DNA from: a virus
DNA length: 16,162 nt
Reading direction: 5' to 3' (one strand)
Virus genome (UHGV): UHGV-0124814
In this document: piece after piece, positions 1 to 8,756 of the stretch
How the letters are laid out: each line of letters begins with the position of its first letter
Position numbering within the stretch: the first letter of the stretch is position 1
The notes under the pieces: generated by a model
The model's input: the letters and a program-made list of their open reading frames with translations, nothing else
Told to the model about the DNA's origin: nothing
Database searches by the model: none
Position numbers and translations under genes: made by a program

Positions 1-37
1 CGCCATAATTGATTTAATTCACAAATAAAACTATAAC

Positions 38-706
38 ATGGTGAAATCAATGAAAAAAAACACAGATGATGGGGCTAAAATTTACACACCACTTACCCTA
101 AAGCTTTATGACTGGTGGGTTTTGGGAGTATCAAATCGGCTTGCATGGGGATGTCCTACAAAGGAACACCTTCTTCCACACTTTCTGGAACATTTAGGTA
201 ACAACCATCTGGATATTGGTGTTGGAACTGGGTTTTATCTTACTCACGTACCTGAGAGTAGTCTGATATCTTTAATGGATTTGAACGAAGCTAGCCTGAA
301 CGCGGCATCTACAAGGGCTGGGGAATCAAAAATTAAACATAAAATTAGCCATGATGTTTTTGAACCTTATCCCGCGGCGTTACATGGTCAATTTGATTCC
401 ATTTCCATGTTTTACCTTCTTCACTGCCTGCCTGGAAATATATCTACAAAAAGCTGTGTAATACGCAATGCGGCGCAGGCCTTAACTGACGATGGAACTC
501 TATACGGAGCCACAATTCTTGGCGATGGAGTTGTGCACAATAGCTTCGGTCAAAAACTGATGCGCATTTACAATCAGAAAGGCATCTTTTCAAACACAAA
601 AGATTCCGAAGAAGGCTTAACACATATACTCTCAGAGCATTTCGAGAATGTTAAAACCAAGGTTCAAGGTACTGTAGTAATGTTTTCCGCTTCAGGGAAA
701 AAATAG
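38..706 (+). CDS. Class I SAM-dependent methyltransferase, substrate unknown (cargo gene in the b-region position)
   Basis: 222-aa ORF; glycine-rich SAM-binding motif 'LDIGVGTGFYL', then 'LMDLNE' and 'FDSISMFYLLHCL'; visibly AT-rich; ATG at 38 lacks an obvious SD, alternative ATG at 50 is preceded by GGTGA. Confidence 0.7.
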   Translation: MVKSMKKNTDDGAKIYTPLTLKLYDWWVLGVSNRLAWGCPTKEHLLPHFLEHLGNNHLDIGVGTGFYLTHVPESSLISLMDLNEASLNAASTRAGESKIKHKISHDVFEPYPAALHGQFDSISMFYLLHCLPGNISTKSCVIRNAAQALTDDGTLYGATILGDGVVHNSFGQKLMRIYNQKGIFSNTKDSEEGLTHILSEHFENVKTKVQGTVVMFSASGKK

Positions 707-713
707 CATCCAA

Positions 714-746
714 CCGCAGCACGTTCTTGCTTAAGACGTGCTGCGG
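714..746. terminator. Perfect 10-bp inverted repeat (CCGCAGCACG ... CGTGCTGCGG) with 13-nt loop between convergent methyltransferase and tfa genes; likely bidirectional terminator
   Basis: Stem-loop read directly; sits in the 54-bp gap between two convergent stop codons; T-run follows on the - strand. Confidence 0.4.
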
Positions 747-760
747 CATAATCCCAATGA

Positions 761-1345
761 TTACTCACTGACAGGGTTCGTAGGCCACTCAATATCAGGT
801 GCAGTTGATGTATCAACACGGTTCAGCAACACCCGATACTTCTTCCAGGCTTCCAGCAACGAGTTTTCTTCCTCCGTTGCGATTTCCAGATCTGCAGCAT
901 CCTGAAGCGGCGCAATATGCTCACTGGCTACCTGCATCAGGTTGTTTTTTGTTTCTTCCGCCTCCCGGATCCGGAACAGTTTTTCTGCTTCCGTATCCTT
1001 CACCCAGGCTGTGCCGTTCCACTTCTGAAACTCCCCTTCCGGCGATAACCAGGTAACATTTTCCGGTAACGGACCGAGTTCAGAAATAAATAACGCGTCC
1101 CCTGACGCTACGTCATAAACCGTTTTACCCCGATGGTCTTCAACGAGATGCCACGATGACTCATCACTGTTGAAAACAGCCACGAAGCCAGCCGGAATAT
1201 CTGGCGGTGCAATATAGGTACTGTTTGCAGGCAGACCTGTATGAGGTGGAATATATGCGTCACCTTCACCAATAAATTCATTAGTTCCGGCCAGCAGATT
1301 ATAAATTTTTATGGTCCGTGGTTGTTCACTCATTCTGAATGCCAT
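761..1345 (-). CDS. tfa: Tail fiber assembly protein Tfa
   Basis: 194-aa ORF '[31 protein letters not shown]...' matching lambda Tfa from memory; start ATG overlaps the stf stop (TAATG). Confidence 0.9.
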   Translation of the reverse strand: MAFRMSEQPRTIKIYNLLAGTNEFIGEGDAYIPPHTGLPANSTYIAPPDIPAGFVAVFNSDESSWHLVEDHRGKTVYDVASGDALFISELGPLPENVTWLSPEGEFQKWNGTAWVKDTEAEKLFRIREAEETKNNLMQVASEHIAPLQDAADLEIATEEENSLLEAWKKYRVLLNRVDTSTAPDIEWPTNPVSE

Positions 1346-4041
1346 TATGCAAGCCTCACAATGTAGTTAAATGCGATGTTTTTGACGGTGTTTTCCGCGT
1401 TACCCGCAGCGTTAACGGTGATGGTATGTCCATGTGAACCAATCGCAACGGAGTGCGTATGAGCACCAATACCGACAGTATGCGCGTGTGCACCTGCAGA
1501 TGCTGCTGTGCCGGACAGTGAGTGGCTATGATTACCATCTGTACTGGTATTCGCTAACCACCCCGTAGACATACCTACTGAGCCTTGTACACCCCAGGTA
1601 TTTTGACCTGAGCTTGTATAACCATATTGATAAGTATCTTTAAAAACACTGGGGTTAAATCGACGGCCATCTCTATGGCTGTGATTACCAGCTGCATTCG
1701 TGCTGCCACTTAAACTATGGGTATGCGCACCAGTGTTATTCGTGGATTTAGTGCCGTAATCAAACGACGATGTGGTTTTCGTCCCCAAATCCGTACTGGA
1801 TGCGCTGGCGCTGTGGGTGTGCGATTTAATGCCGTCCCGTTCCTGAGACAATACGGCACGACCACTGGCAGGTTTGCCCTTAATCGTCCAGCCACGCATA
1901 TCAGGGATCACGCCTGACGGATAAGCGGCTGCAAGTTTCGGGTAGGCAGATTTGTCAAAAGTCTGCCCCTGCATCAGGGCATAACCAGACGGAACGGTAT
2001 CCGATGGCCACGGGATTGGTGCGCCAGGCGGATAAAACTGCTCTGATGGCGTATAGAGTGAATAAACTGTACCGTCCGTTAACCCTTCCGGCTTATTAGC
2101 AGAATATGCTGGTGACGTATGAATCGTCACGCTGGCATTACTGGTATAATCCCATTGAATATTTACACCAGTCGCATAATTTCCGATTGCAACGTAAATA
2201 TCGTAAGTATCACCAGATGTATTGACCCAGGCAAAATTTGTAAACCCTGTCGATGTGCGCTGCCATAAAGCACCAGTAATCCCCTTCGGATTACCATTAC
2301 CTGCACGCAAAACAAGTTCAGATATACCTGCCTGTTGAGGTGAACCGACGTTAAATCCAGTGCCACCAATCAACGTAATTGAAACAACAGAACTCGCCTG
2401 TGGCATGGTTACCGTTGCTAATTTGAACCAACCAGCACCACCGCTGAATGACATTGTTGTTGAGTTAAGCGTACCAATATCTTTCGGCGTCAGTGTTATA
2501 TCCTCCGAAAGCGCCTTACCATTCACCTTACGGTCAGAAGGTACCCGATCATTCGCATTGTCATTCGCTGCTTTAACTGCCTTCGGTGTCGCGGCAAGCG
2601 TTTCAGACGTACTGTTTGTCGCACTGCTGAGCTGTACTATCCCCTTTTTCGTCGTGCTCGCATCCTCAAGCGCCACGGCGGATGCAATATCCTCTGCCCG
2701 TTTTGCCGCTGTCTCAGCGCGCGTTGCTGCGGATTCTGCCGTACTTTTGCTCTGTGCTGCCGCTGTCGCACTGCCAGCAGCCTCTGTCGCCTTTGTGGAT
2801 GCCGTCGTGGCGCTGCTCTTCGCTGCTGACGCCTGTCTGGTCGCCTCATCTTTTGAAGCAGACGCCGATGATGCCGATGACGCCGCCGAACTGGCGGACG
2901 ATGCCGCTGCCGTTTTTGAGGATTCTGCGCTGGTTTCCGACGCTTTCGCGTTCGTTTCGGATGTCTTCGCTGAGGAAGCAGACCTCGCTGCTGCGCTGGC
3001 CTGTTCAGTGGCTTCGCCAGTCTTCGTTGTGGCTGTTGAAGCGGATGATGCGGCGCTTTCTGCCGATTTTCCGGCGGCGGTGGCACTGACTGAGGCCTGC
3101 CCGGCACTTGTTGATGCGGCACTGGCGGACGACGCAGCCGCTGTTTTTGAATCTGCCGCAGCTGAGGCACTCTGTCCCGCTGCCGTTTCAGAAGACCTGG
3201 CGTTCGTCTCGGACGTTTTGGCCGCCTTCGCAGAATTTGCTGTCGCCGTTGCCGAGGAAGCTGCGCTGCTGGCGCTCGAGGCTGCGCTCGTTTCTGATGA
3301 TTTTGCCGCCTCTTTTGAAGCCGACGCATCCCGGGCTGAGGTGGCAGCTTCTGACGCTTTCGTGGTCGCGGTGGATGCAGAAGTGGCTGCTGATTGTTGT
3401 GACGCTGCGGCATTCGTTTCTGACGTTTTCGCCGCAGCGGCACTGGTGGCCGCCGCGCTTTTTGAGGACTCTGCAGCGGCAGCACTTTTTTCCGCTTCAG
3501 TGGCCTTTGTTGATGCCGTTTCTGCGCTGGAAGACGCTGACTGAGCCGACGACGCGGCCTGTCCGGCTGACGTGCTGGCTGCGCGTGCTGAGCCTGCAGC
3601 ATCAGTCGCATGGGTTGCCGCCTCACGGGCTGATGTGCTGGCATCGCCGGCTGACTTCTTCGCGGCTGCCGTGTTCTGTGCCACTGCGGACGCGTTACGC
3701 TCCACCTCTTCCACCATCACTTCAAAACGGCGCAGTGCCTCCGGTCGGACATCATCCTCCGTCATGGCACCGAGAAAATCATTCAGCGTACCTGGTCTGG
3801 AACCTTCATAGACGGTAATGGTCCCGGCATGTGAAGGCGGAAAACCTTCAACCAGCAGGGTGACGCTGTACTGACCATGCTCAACATCCATGCTGTAACG
3901 TCCGGCTTCATCCGGATTTTCAGAGGCCACCGTGTTCACCACCACCGTGCTGCTGGTTCGTCTGGCCTTCAGCACAATGGTGCAGTTCTGTACTGGTTTT
4001 CCTGTGCCATCTTTAAGCACGCCAGAAATTTTTACTGTCAT
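1345..4041 (-). CDS. stf: Side tail fiber protein Stf
   Basis: 898-aa ORF; N-terminus '[22 protein letters not shown]...' matches lambda Stf as recalled; central Ala/Ser/Thr-rich repeats; C-terminal HxH-rich region ending '...[11 protein letters not shown]'. Confidence 0.9.
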   Translation of the reverse strand: MTVKISGVLKDGTGKPVQNCTIVLKARRTSSTVVVNTVASENPDEAGRYSMDVEHGQYSVTLLVEGFPPSHAGTITVYEGSRPGTLNDFLGAMTEDDVRPEALRRFEVMVEEVERNASAVAQNTAAAKKSAGDASTSAREAATHATDAAGSARAASTSAGQAASSAQSASSSAETASTKATEAEKSAAAAESSKSAAATSAAAAKTSETNAAASQQSAATSASTATTKASEAATSARDASASKEAAKSSETSAASSASSAASSATATANSAKAAKTSETNARSSETAAGQSASAAADSKTAAASSASAASTSAGQASVSATAAGKSAESAASSASTATTKTGEATEQASAAARSASSAKTSETNAKASETSAESSKTAAASSASSAASSASSASASKDEATRQASAAKSSATTASTKATEAAGSATAAAQSKSTAESAATRAETAAKRAEDIASAVALEDASTTKKGIVQLSSATNSTSETLAATPKAVKAANDNANDRVPSDRKVNGKALSEDITLTPKDIGTLNSTTMSFSGGAGWFKLATVTMPQASSVVSITLIGGTGFNVGSPQQAGISELVLRAGNGNPKGITGALWQRTSTGFTNFAWVNTSGDTYDIYVAIGNYATGVNIQWDYTSNASVTIHTSPAYSANKPEGLTDGTVYSLYTPSEQFYPPGAPIPWPSDTVPSGYALMQGQTFDKSAYPKLAAAYPSGVIPDMRGWTIKGKPASGRAVLSQERDGIKSHTHSASASSTDLGTKTTSSFDYGTKSTNNTGAHTHSLSGSTNAAGNHSHRDGRRFNPSVFKDTYQYGYTSSGQNTWGVQGSVGMSTGWLANTSTDGNHSHSLSGTAASAGAHAHTVGIGAHTHSVAIGSHGHTITVNAAGNAENTVKNIAFNYIVRLA
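2690..3700 (-). repeat. Degenerate tandem Ala/Ser/Thr-rich repeats inside stf (recurring '...AAKTSETNA...', '...SSASSAASS...', '...STATTK...')
   Basis: Repeated peptide blocks read from the translation; the GCN-rich DNA creates long spurious ORFs in other frames on both strands. Confidence 0.6.
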
Positions 4042-4052
4042 ACTTTTCCACC

Positions 4053-4088
4053 AATAAAAAAAGCCCGCAGCAGTGACGCCACGGGCTT
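4053..4088 (-). terminator. Rho-independent terminator downstream of lom (stem AAGCCCG/CGGGCTT followed by T-run on the - strand)
   Basis: Hairpin plus U-tract read on the - strand between the lom stop (4193) and stf start (4041). Confidence 0.5.
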
Positions 4089-4192
4089 CAGGACAGTGTA
4101 ACTTTACGTTTCCTCAAACGCAGTTCACCCCATAAGGTGGATGAACCTGCGTATCATAACAATATTTACAGAAGATAAATCGGCGTCTGTTG

Positions 4193-4792
4193 TCAGAAAC
4201 GGTATCCGATACCAACAATAAATGCATCCGTTCGCCAGTCGCCACTACCGGAACCTTCATAAGCAAGGTCAATGGTCACGGATTCGGTCGGATTAAACTG
4301 CACGCCAGCCCCCCACGCCAGAGACGTGTTGCTGTGGCGACCGTCATCACTTCCGGTCAGCACATCGTGCGTTTTCCCCTTGTTGTCAGTTACGCGGAGA
4401 TAATCCCCGGAGAAAGTCGAAATACGGCTGTAAGCCACACCCGCCATCGCATACGCGCTGAACCATTCATTCACGCGCACAGACGGCCCCGCCATTACGC
4501 TGAACCAGCGGTTACGAACGGAATCTTCATGCCAGCGGGTATCGCTGTAACGGGTCAGCTGGCGATTCTTGTCTCCTGCATAGCTGAATGACGTCACCAG
4601 CCCCAGTGTGTCCGTAAACTCATAACGGTATTTCACGTTAATCCCGTTCAGATCATCACTGCCGGGGACGTTCGTCGAGGCATGAAGATACCCCGCGCTC
4701 AGCGTGGACTGATGTTCAGACGCCCATGCAGGCGCACCGGATACGGCCAGACAAATGGCTGCGGACAAAATTGCTGCACAAACTTTACGCAT
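4193..4792 (-). CDS. lom: Lom outer-membrane protein (Ail/Lom/PagC family beta-barrel)
   Basis: 199-aa ORF 'MRKVCAAILSAAICLAVSGAPAWASEHQSTLSAGYLH...GIGYRF' with signal peptide and C-terminal aromatic residue; near-identical to lambda Lom as recalled; SD GAGAGG upstream. Confidence 0.9.
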   Translation of the reverse strand: MRKVCAAILSAAICLAVSGAPAWASEHQSTLSAGYLHASTNVPGSDDLNGINVKYRYEFTDTLGLVTSFSYAGDKNRQLTRYSDTRWHEDSVRNRWFSVMAGPSVRVNEWFSAYAMAGVAYSRISTFSGDYLRVTDNKGKTHDVLTGSDDGRHSNTSLAWGAGVQFNPTESVTIDLAYEGSGSGDWRTDAFIVGIGYRF

Positions 4793-4862
4793 AATTACCT
4801 CTCGCTTTTCTGCAATAAAAAAGGCGTCACTCCTGACGCCCTTTATTGGGGTTATAAATATT

Positions 4863-6026
4863 TCAACGAATACTGATGCCGGAAGCGGCTTTTTTGGTCA
4901 CAATCACCGTACAGTCGGTGATATTGCCTGCCCCCTGATTGCCTTTCTGGAAAATCTTAAACTCCAGAGTGACGCTACCACCACCACTAGGCATATCAAT
5001 AACTGCACTGTAACTACCGGGAATGGCCCCTTTAGTTTCTCTGGATGCGATTAATACGCCGTTTTTGCGAACTTCAAAACCATAACCCGTGTATCGCGTG
5101 CCTCCTGGGTTATTTCCGCTCCCCGGATCGTCATACGCTATACCGTTAAAAATAATGGGCGGAATAATAATCTGGCGGTCAAAGTTATGATCATCGCTGA
5201 TGGTGACTGTAACCGTACCGTTTGGTGTTTCCGTGTTACCCCACGTACCGACTTTTTTCGGGAAGGCTTTTGATACAGCTTTAACGAAATCCCCTCTGAC
5301 CTGGGTCGCCTCCAGCATGCCCTTAATCGTACAGTTCTGGTTAATCTTGACATTGTTGAGCGTTCCTGAGTTCGCATTCACACTGCCACTGATATCCGCA
5401 TTTTTAGCGGTCAGCTTTCCGTCTGATGTCAGGGAAAATACCGGAGGACTGCCACCGCTGGTAATGGTGGGGGCCGTCAGGCGCTTCAGGAACACGTCGT
5501 TCATGAATATCTGGTTGCCCTGCGCCACAAACATCGGCGTTTCATTCCCGTTTGCCGGGTCAATAAACGCGATACGGTTAGCGGCAACCAGAAACTGGCT
5601 CAGCTTGCCTTCCTCCGTGTCCTCCATGCTGAGGCCAATACCCGCGACATAATGTTTGCCGTCTTTGGTCTGCTCAATTTTGACGCCCCACATGGCATTC
5701 CATTTATCGTTAGCGTCCTTCCACTCTTTCGAAAACTCCTCCAGTCTGCTGGCGTTATCTTCCGTCAGCTCAAAGTTTTCCAGCAGTTCCTTGCCGAGAT
5801 GCGTTTTATTGATCAACCCTTTATAAAAATTCAGATAACCTTCCGCATCATCGCTCGCCCGACCGACGGCCTCCACAAATGCCGATTTACCAACGGTGTT
5901 CACGCTGCGGATATAAAAGTAATAATCATAACCTGGCTTAATATTGCTACTGGCGGCTATCCAGTACAGCGCCGTACCAAGATAACGCGCGCTGGTTTCA
6001 ACCTGCCTGATATCGATAAGCGGATT
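4863..6026 (-). pseudogene. J: C-terminal fragment (~387 codons) of tail tip/host-specificity protein J; N-terminal part of the gene deleted
   Basis: Open frame from 6026 down to the stop at 4863 with no ATG at its 5' end (first candidate is GTG at 5903); translation resembles the lambda J C-terminus as recalled. Confidence 0.8.
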
Positions 6027-6352
6027 TTATAGGCACGGGTATCACCTTCATTAAACCACACCAGCAGCGCCTGCTGCCCCTGCTCTCCGGGCATCCACGC
6101 CAGCGTGAAGCTGGTATCTCCGGCGGATTTCTGACCCTGCCCGGTCGCGGTCCAGTCCGCATCTTCATCATCGAGATAACTGTCGTCATAGGACTCAGCG
6201 GTCAGTTCGCCGGGCGTCAGGTCTTTAACTTTAGCCAGACGCGACCAGTCAACGTCTGAAAGCGGGTTCGCATAAGGGTCGCCGCTCCCGTTATAAACCC
6301 ACAGGGTGGTTCCGGCACCTTTCACCGGTATTGCTGGATTTGGTACAGGCAT
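5957..6352 (-). pseudogene. V: Truncated major tail tube protein V (N-terminal ~120 aa, then out-of-frame read-through into J sequence)
   Basis: '[20 protein letters not shown]...TRAYKIR' matches the lambda gpV N-terminus as recalled, then changes to '[20 protein letters not shown]' and stops; lambda V is about twice as long. Confidence 0.8.
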
Positions 6353-6359
6353 ATCGTCC

Positions 6360-6755
6360 TCACATTTCATAGGTAATGACATAAGTCAGATCGGCAGAAC
6401 TCCACAGGCCCGCATCATCGTCGCGCCGGTAGTCATAGCCGCTGGCCACCATACTGGTGATCAAATCTGACAGTGCCGGGACATCGCTCATCACCGGATA
6501 AATCCGGGACTCCATCCACGAATCCAGCTCTGAATCCGGCACCTGAGCAGGCAGGAAAACTTCAATATGCAGCTCCGCCTGCCAGGTATCACTGTCCAGC
6601 TCTTCGCCCGTGTATTCAGCGCCGGTGAGATAAACGGCAATTGCCGGAAAATCCGCCTCATCAAAAACAGCGGGGCGACCATCAAAAAGCGTCGCCCCGG
6701 TGTCATGCTTCTCCAGTGCATCCAGTACGGCTGCACGGAGTTCAGTATGTTTCAT
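6360..6755 (-). CDS. U: Minor tail protein U (tail terminator), apparently intact
   Basis: 131-aa ORF '[36 protein letters not shown]...' matching lambda gpU in sequence and length; start ATG overlaps the upstream stop (ATGA). Confidence 0.9.
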   Translation of the reverse strand: MKHTELRAAVLDALEKHDTGATLFDGRPAVFDEADFPAIAVYLTGAEYTGEELDSDTWQAELHIEVFLPAQVPDSELDSWMESRIYPVMSDVPALSDLITSMVASGYDYRRDDDAGLWSSADLTYVITYEM

Positions 6756-7165
6756 CGCTTTATTACCATTCTCAGTTGATGCTGCAGCGCATAGCCCAGC
6801 TCTTTCGGAAGACGTTCACGCCGTATCCGTTCAATATTCTGTTTAAACGCCGTGGTAAGCGGCACCGCCATCGGGATTTTCACCACATCAATGGGGTAAC
6901 GGTTTTTCCCGGCCACACGCTGCATGACATGCCACCGGCCATTTTTCAGTTGCTGAATAAACGCGCCGGGAATACGACGGTTTCCCACCACAAGCACGCT
7001 GCCGCCACCTTTCAGGGATGAACGCTGCCCCTTTTTACGACGTCTGCGGCGGGAAAGGACAACCCGCGCGTTACCCAGCTTGATTACGGGCAAATCCTGC
7101 CAGTTCTGAATGGTACGGATACTCGCGCCGAAAATGTCAGCCAGCTGCTTTTTGTTGACTTCCAT
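6752..7165 (-). pseudogene. In-frame fusion of the first 23 codons of terminase small subunit Nu1 to the C-terminal part of a Z-like tail completion protein
   Basis: 'MEVNKKQLADIFGASIRTIQNWQ' is the lambda Nu1 N-terminus, then sequence switches at ~7096 to a basic tail ('DLPVIKLGNARVVLSRRRRRKKGQ...') that I believe is the gpZ C-terminus; ATG sits at the conserved distance from cos. Confidence 0.7.
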
Positions 7166-7375
7166 TGTTCATTCCACGGACAAAAACAGAGAAAGGAAAC
7201 GACAGAGGCCAAAAAGCCCGTTTTCAGCACCTGTCGTTTCCTTTCTTTTCAGAGGGTATTTTAAATAAAAACATTAAGTTATGACGAAGAAGAACGGAAA
7301 CGCCTTAAACCGGAAAATTTTCATAAATAGCGAAAACCCGCGAGGTCGCCGCCCCGTAACCTGTCGGATCGCCGG
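7166..7375 (-). other. Lambda-type cos packaging site (cosQ side ~7345-7375, cosN 12-nt end at 7333-7344, cosB toward Nu1)
   Basis: Reverse complement of 7333-7344 is GGGCGGCGACCT, flanked by 'GATCCGACAGGTTACG' on one side and 'CGCGGGTTTTCGCTATTTATGAAAATTTTCCGG...' leading to the Nu1 ATG on the other, as in the lambda left end; sequence diverges from lambda beyond ~7395. Confidence 0.8.
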
Positions 7376-7566
7376 AAAGGACCCACCAAAAATGATAATG
7401 ATTATCAAATACGTTTATCACACTGATATTCAGAATCACTACTGAAAGACTCCCTTTGTGGTGCGCGAGGGATGCGCATAAAAAAACCACCAGCAAATGC
7501 CAGTGGCTAAAGATATTCATTGCGAATAACCATCACAAAACAACTTAACTCGTGAGGGTAGAAATT

Positions 7567-7971
7567 TTACTCGAGGCCAAATTTCTTCTTTAAATAGGCC
7601 TTCGTTAACTCCAGCCCAACATCTTTGATTGTACTCAAAGGGGCATCGCTCATTGACTTTAATTTCTCAAAAACCGTAGGTTCATTTAATGCCTGGGCGA
7701 ATTCTTGTCCCTGCGCAGATAGTCGCACGTCGGTACCCATATCTAGCATATGGCCACAATGGCGCATGTAGCCCAGTTTAGTTATGTCATCCGTTATTAG
7801 ATCTTTATTACTGATATAACCTTGCTCAATAAGAAGTAGATAATGAAACATCCCTTCATTCGAGCAGATATCGTACCCCGCATTAGCTAAGTCTTTTGTA
7901 GATATAAAGGGAGTTTTCGCTTTCAAAAATACCTCAAGCATCCCCTTCATGTATTCTAAATTTTTAACCAC
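7567..7971 (-). CDS. Hypothetical protein, 134 aa, AT-rich moron
   Basis: GTG start at 7971 preceded by strong SD (TAAGGAGGTTTTT-GTG); no family recognised. Confidence 0.55.
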   Translation of the reverse strand: MVKNLEYMKGMLEVFLKAKTPFISTKDLANAGYDICSNEGMFHYLLLIEQGYISNKDLITDDITKLGYMRHCGHMLDMGTDVRLSAQGQEFAQALNEPTVFEKLKSMSDAPLSTIKDVGLELTKAYLKKKFGLE

Positions 7972-8106
7972 AAAAACCTCCTTAGGATAATTGGAGGTCT
8001 AGAATACCGTTTGCAAGCACGTTGATAAATCATTATCACAGGCACTCAATGAATGCCTGCTGTAATTGCGTACGGTAATGAACGTAAAAAACCGCCCGAG
8101 GTATAT

Positions 8107-8331
8107 TTAGACATTAGATGGCGCTTTGTCAGTATAGACCCGGTACGCCCTGACAAACATCCCGTTACATTCAGAGTCCGCCTTGATATACGCCAATTCG
8201 TAACCCCGATGCTTTAGCTCTTCACGAGCTCTTTTCTCTTCCTTAGCCATGAAGTTAAGATCTTTAATTTCTGAGTAGGTATATGTTCCCACTATAAAAT
8301 CTCTGCCTGGCCGTCCATTTATCAGTTCCAT
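8107..8331 (-). CDS. Hypothetical protein, 74 aa, AT-rich moron (ORF-track version extends to a TTG at 8397)
   Basis: ATG at 8331 preceded by GGGAGGA SD; protein 'MELINGRPGRDFIVGTYTYSEIKDLNFMAKEEKRAREELKHRGYELAYIKADSECNGMFVRAYRVYTDKAPSNV'; no family recognised. Confidence 0.5.
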   Translation of the reverse strand: MELINGRPGRDFIVGTYTYSEIKDLNFMAKEEKRAREELKHRGYELAYIKADSECNGMFVRAYRVYTDKAPSNV

Positions 8332-8424
8332 GTGTCCTCCCAAAAAGTTGGTAGTCAGAACATACCATGCTAAGCGAGGTGAAAGCACCTTTATCAAGCC
8401 CCCCGCAGATAGACTTTGTAATGG

Positions 8425-8712
8425 CTACTTCTTCAGAAATGATTCGATGAACTCACGCCGGGGATGACGATAGTTCAGAATATCTTCTGGCATCCTCATA
8501 AAGCGGTTGTTGCCGTCTTTGGCAGTAACGAAACAGCAGTGAACTCCGCAGACATCCGTTTTGATCGTGTCGCCATACTCAAAAAGCAACTGCGCCATCT
8601 TCTCTTGCCATTCTTGCGGCATAGCCTCCATGAATACTCTCGGCATCACGCAGAACGACGCATGCGTCAGGCCAAACCACAATTGCAGGTCTTTACGATA
8701 TTCTTCATCCAT
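8425..8712 (-). CDS. Hypothetical Cys-containing protein, 95 aa ('...DVCGVHCCF...'), moron
   Basis: ATG at 8712 with AAGG ~10 nt upstream, lying 19 nt downstream of a terminator-like hairpin; no family recognised. Confidence 0.5.
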   Translation of the reverse strand: MDEEYRKDLQLWFGLTHASFCVMPRVFMEAMPQEWQEKMAQLLFEYGDTIKTDVCGVHCCFVTAKDGNNRFMRMPEDILNYRHPRREFIESFLKK

Positions 8713-8730
8713 CGTCTTTACCTTTGTTGC

Positions 8731-8756
8731 AATAAAAAGCCCCGCGAATGCGAGGC
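8731..8756 (-). terminator. Rho-independent terminator-like hairpin (GCCUCGC-AUUC-GCGGGGC then UUUUUAUU) between Rz/Rz1 and the moron ORFs
   Basis: 7-bp GC-rich stem (one G-U pair), 4-nt loop and T-tract read on the - strand. Confidence 0.5.

Noticed and set aside
761-1056. 85-aa ORF 799..1056 on the + strand
   Set aside because: Antisense to the well-supported tfa gene; Pro/Ser-rich translation without start signals.
2360-3644. Long ORFs 2360..3544 (+, 394 aa, Ala/Asp-rich), 2637..3644 (-, 335 aa, Arg/Pro/Gln-rich) and 3108..3818 (+)
   Set aside because: They are alternative-frame or antisense readings of the GCN-rich repeat tract inside stf; extreme low-complexity composition, no start context, and they overlap a well-supported gene.
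7305-7520. 71-aa ORF on the - strand
   Set aside because: It reads straight through cosN and cosB, has no SD, and lies in a region conserved for DNA-level packaging signals.
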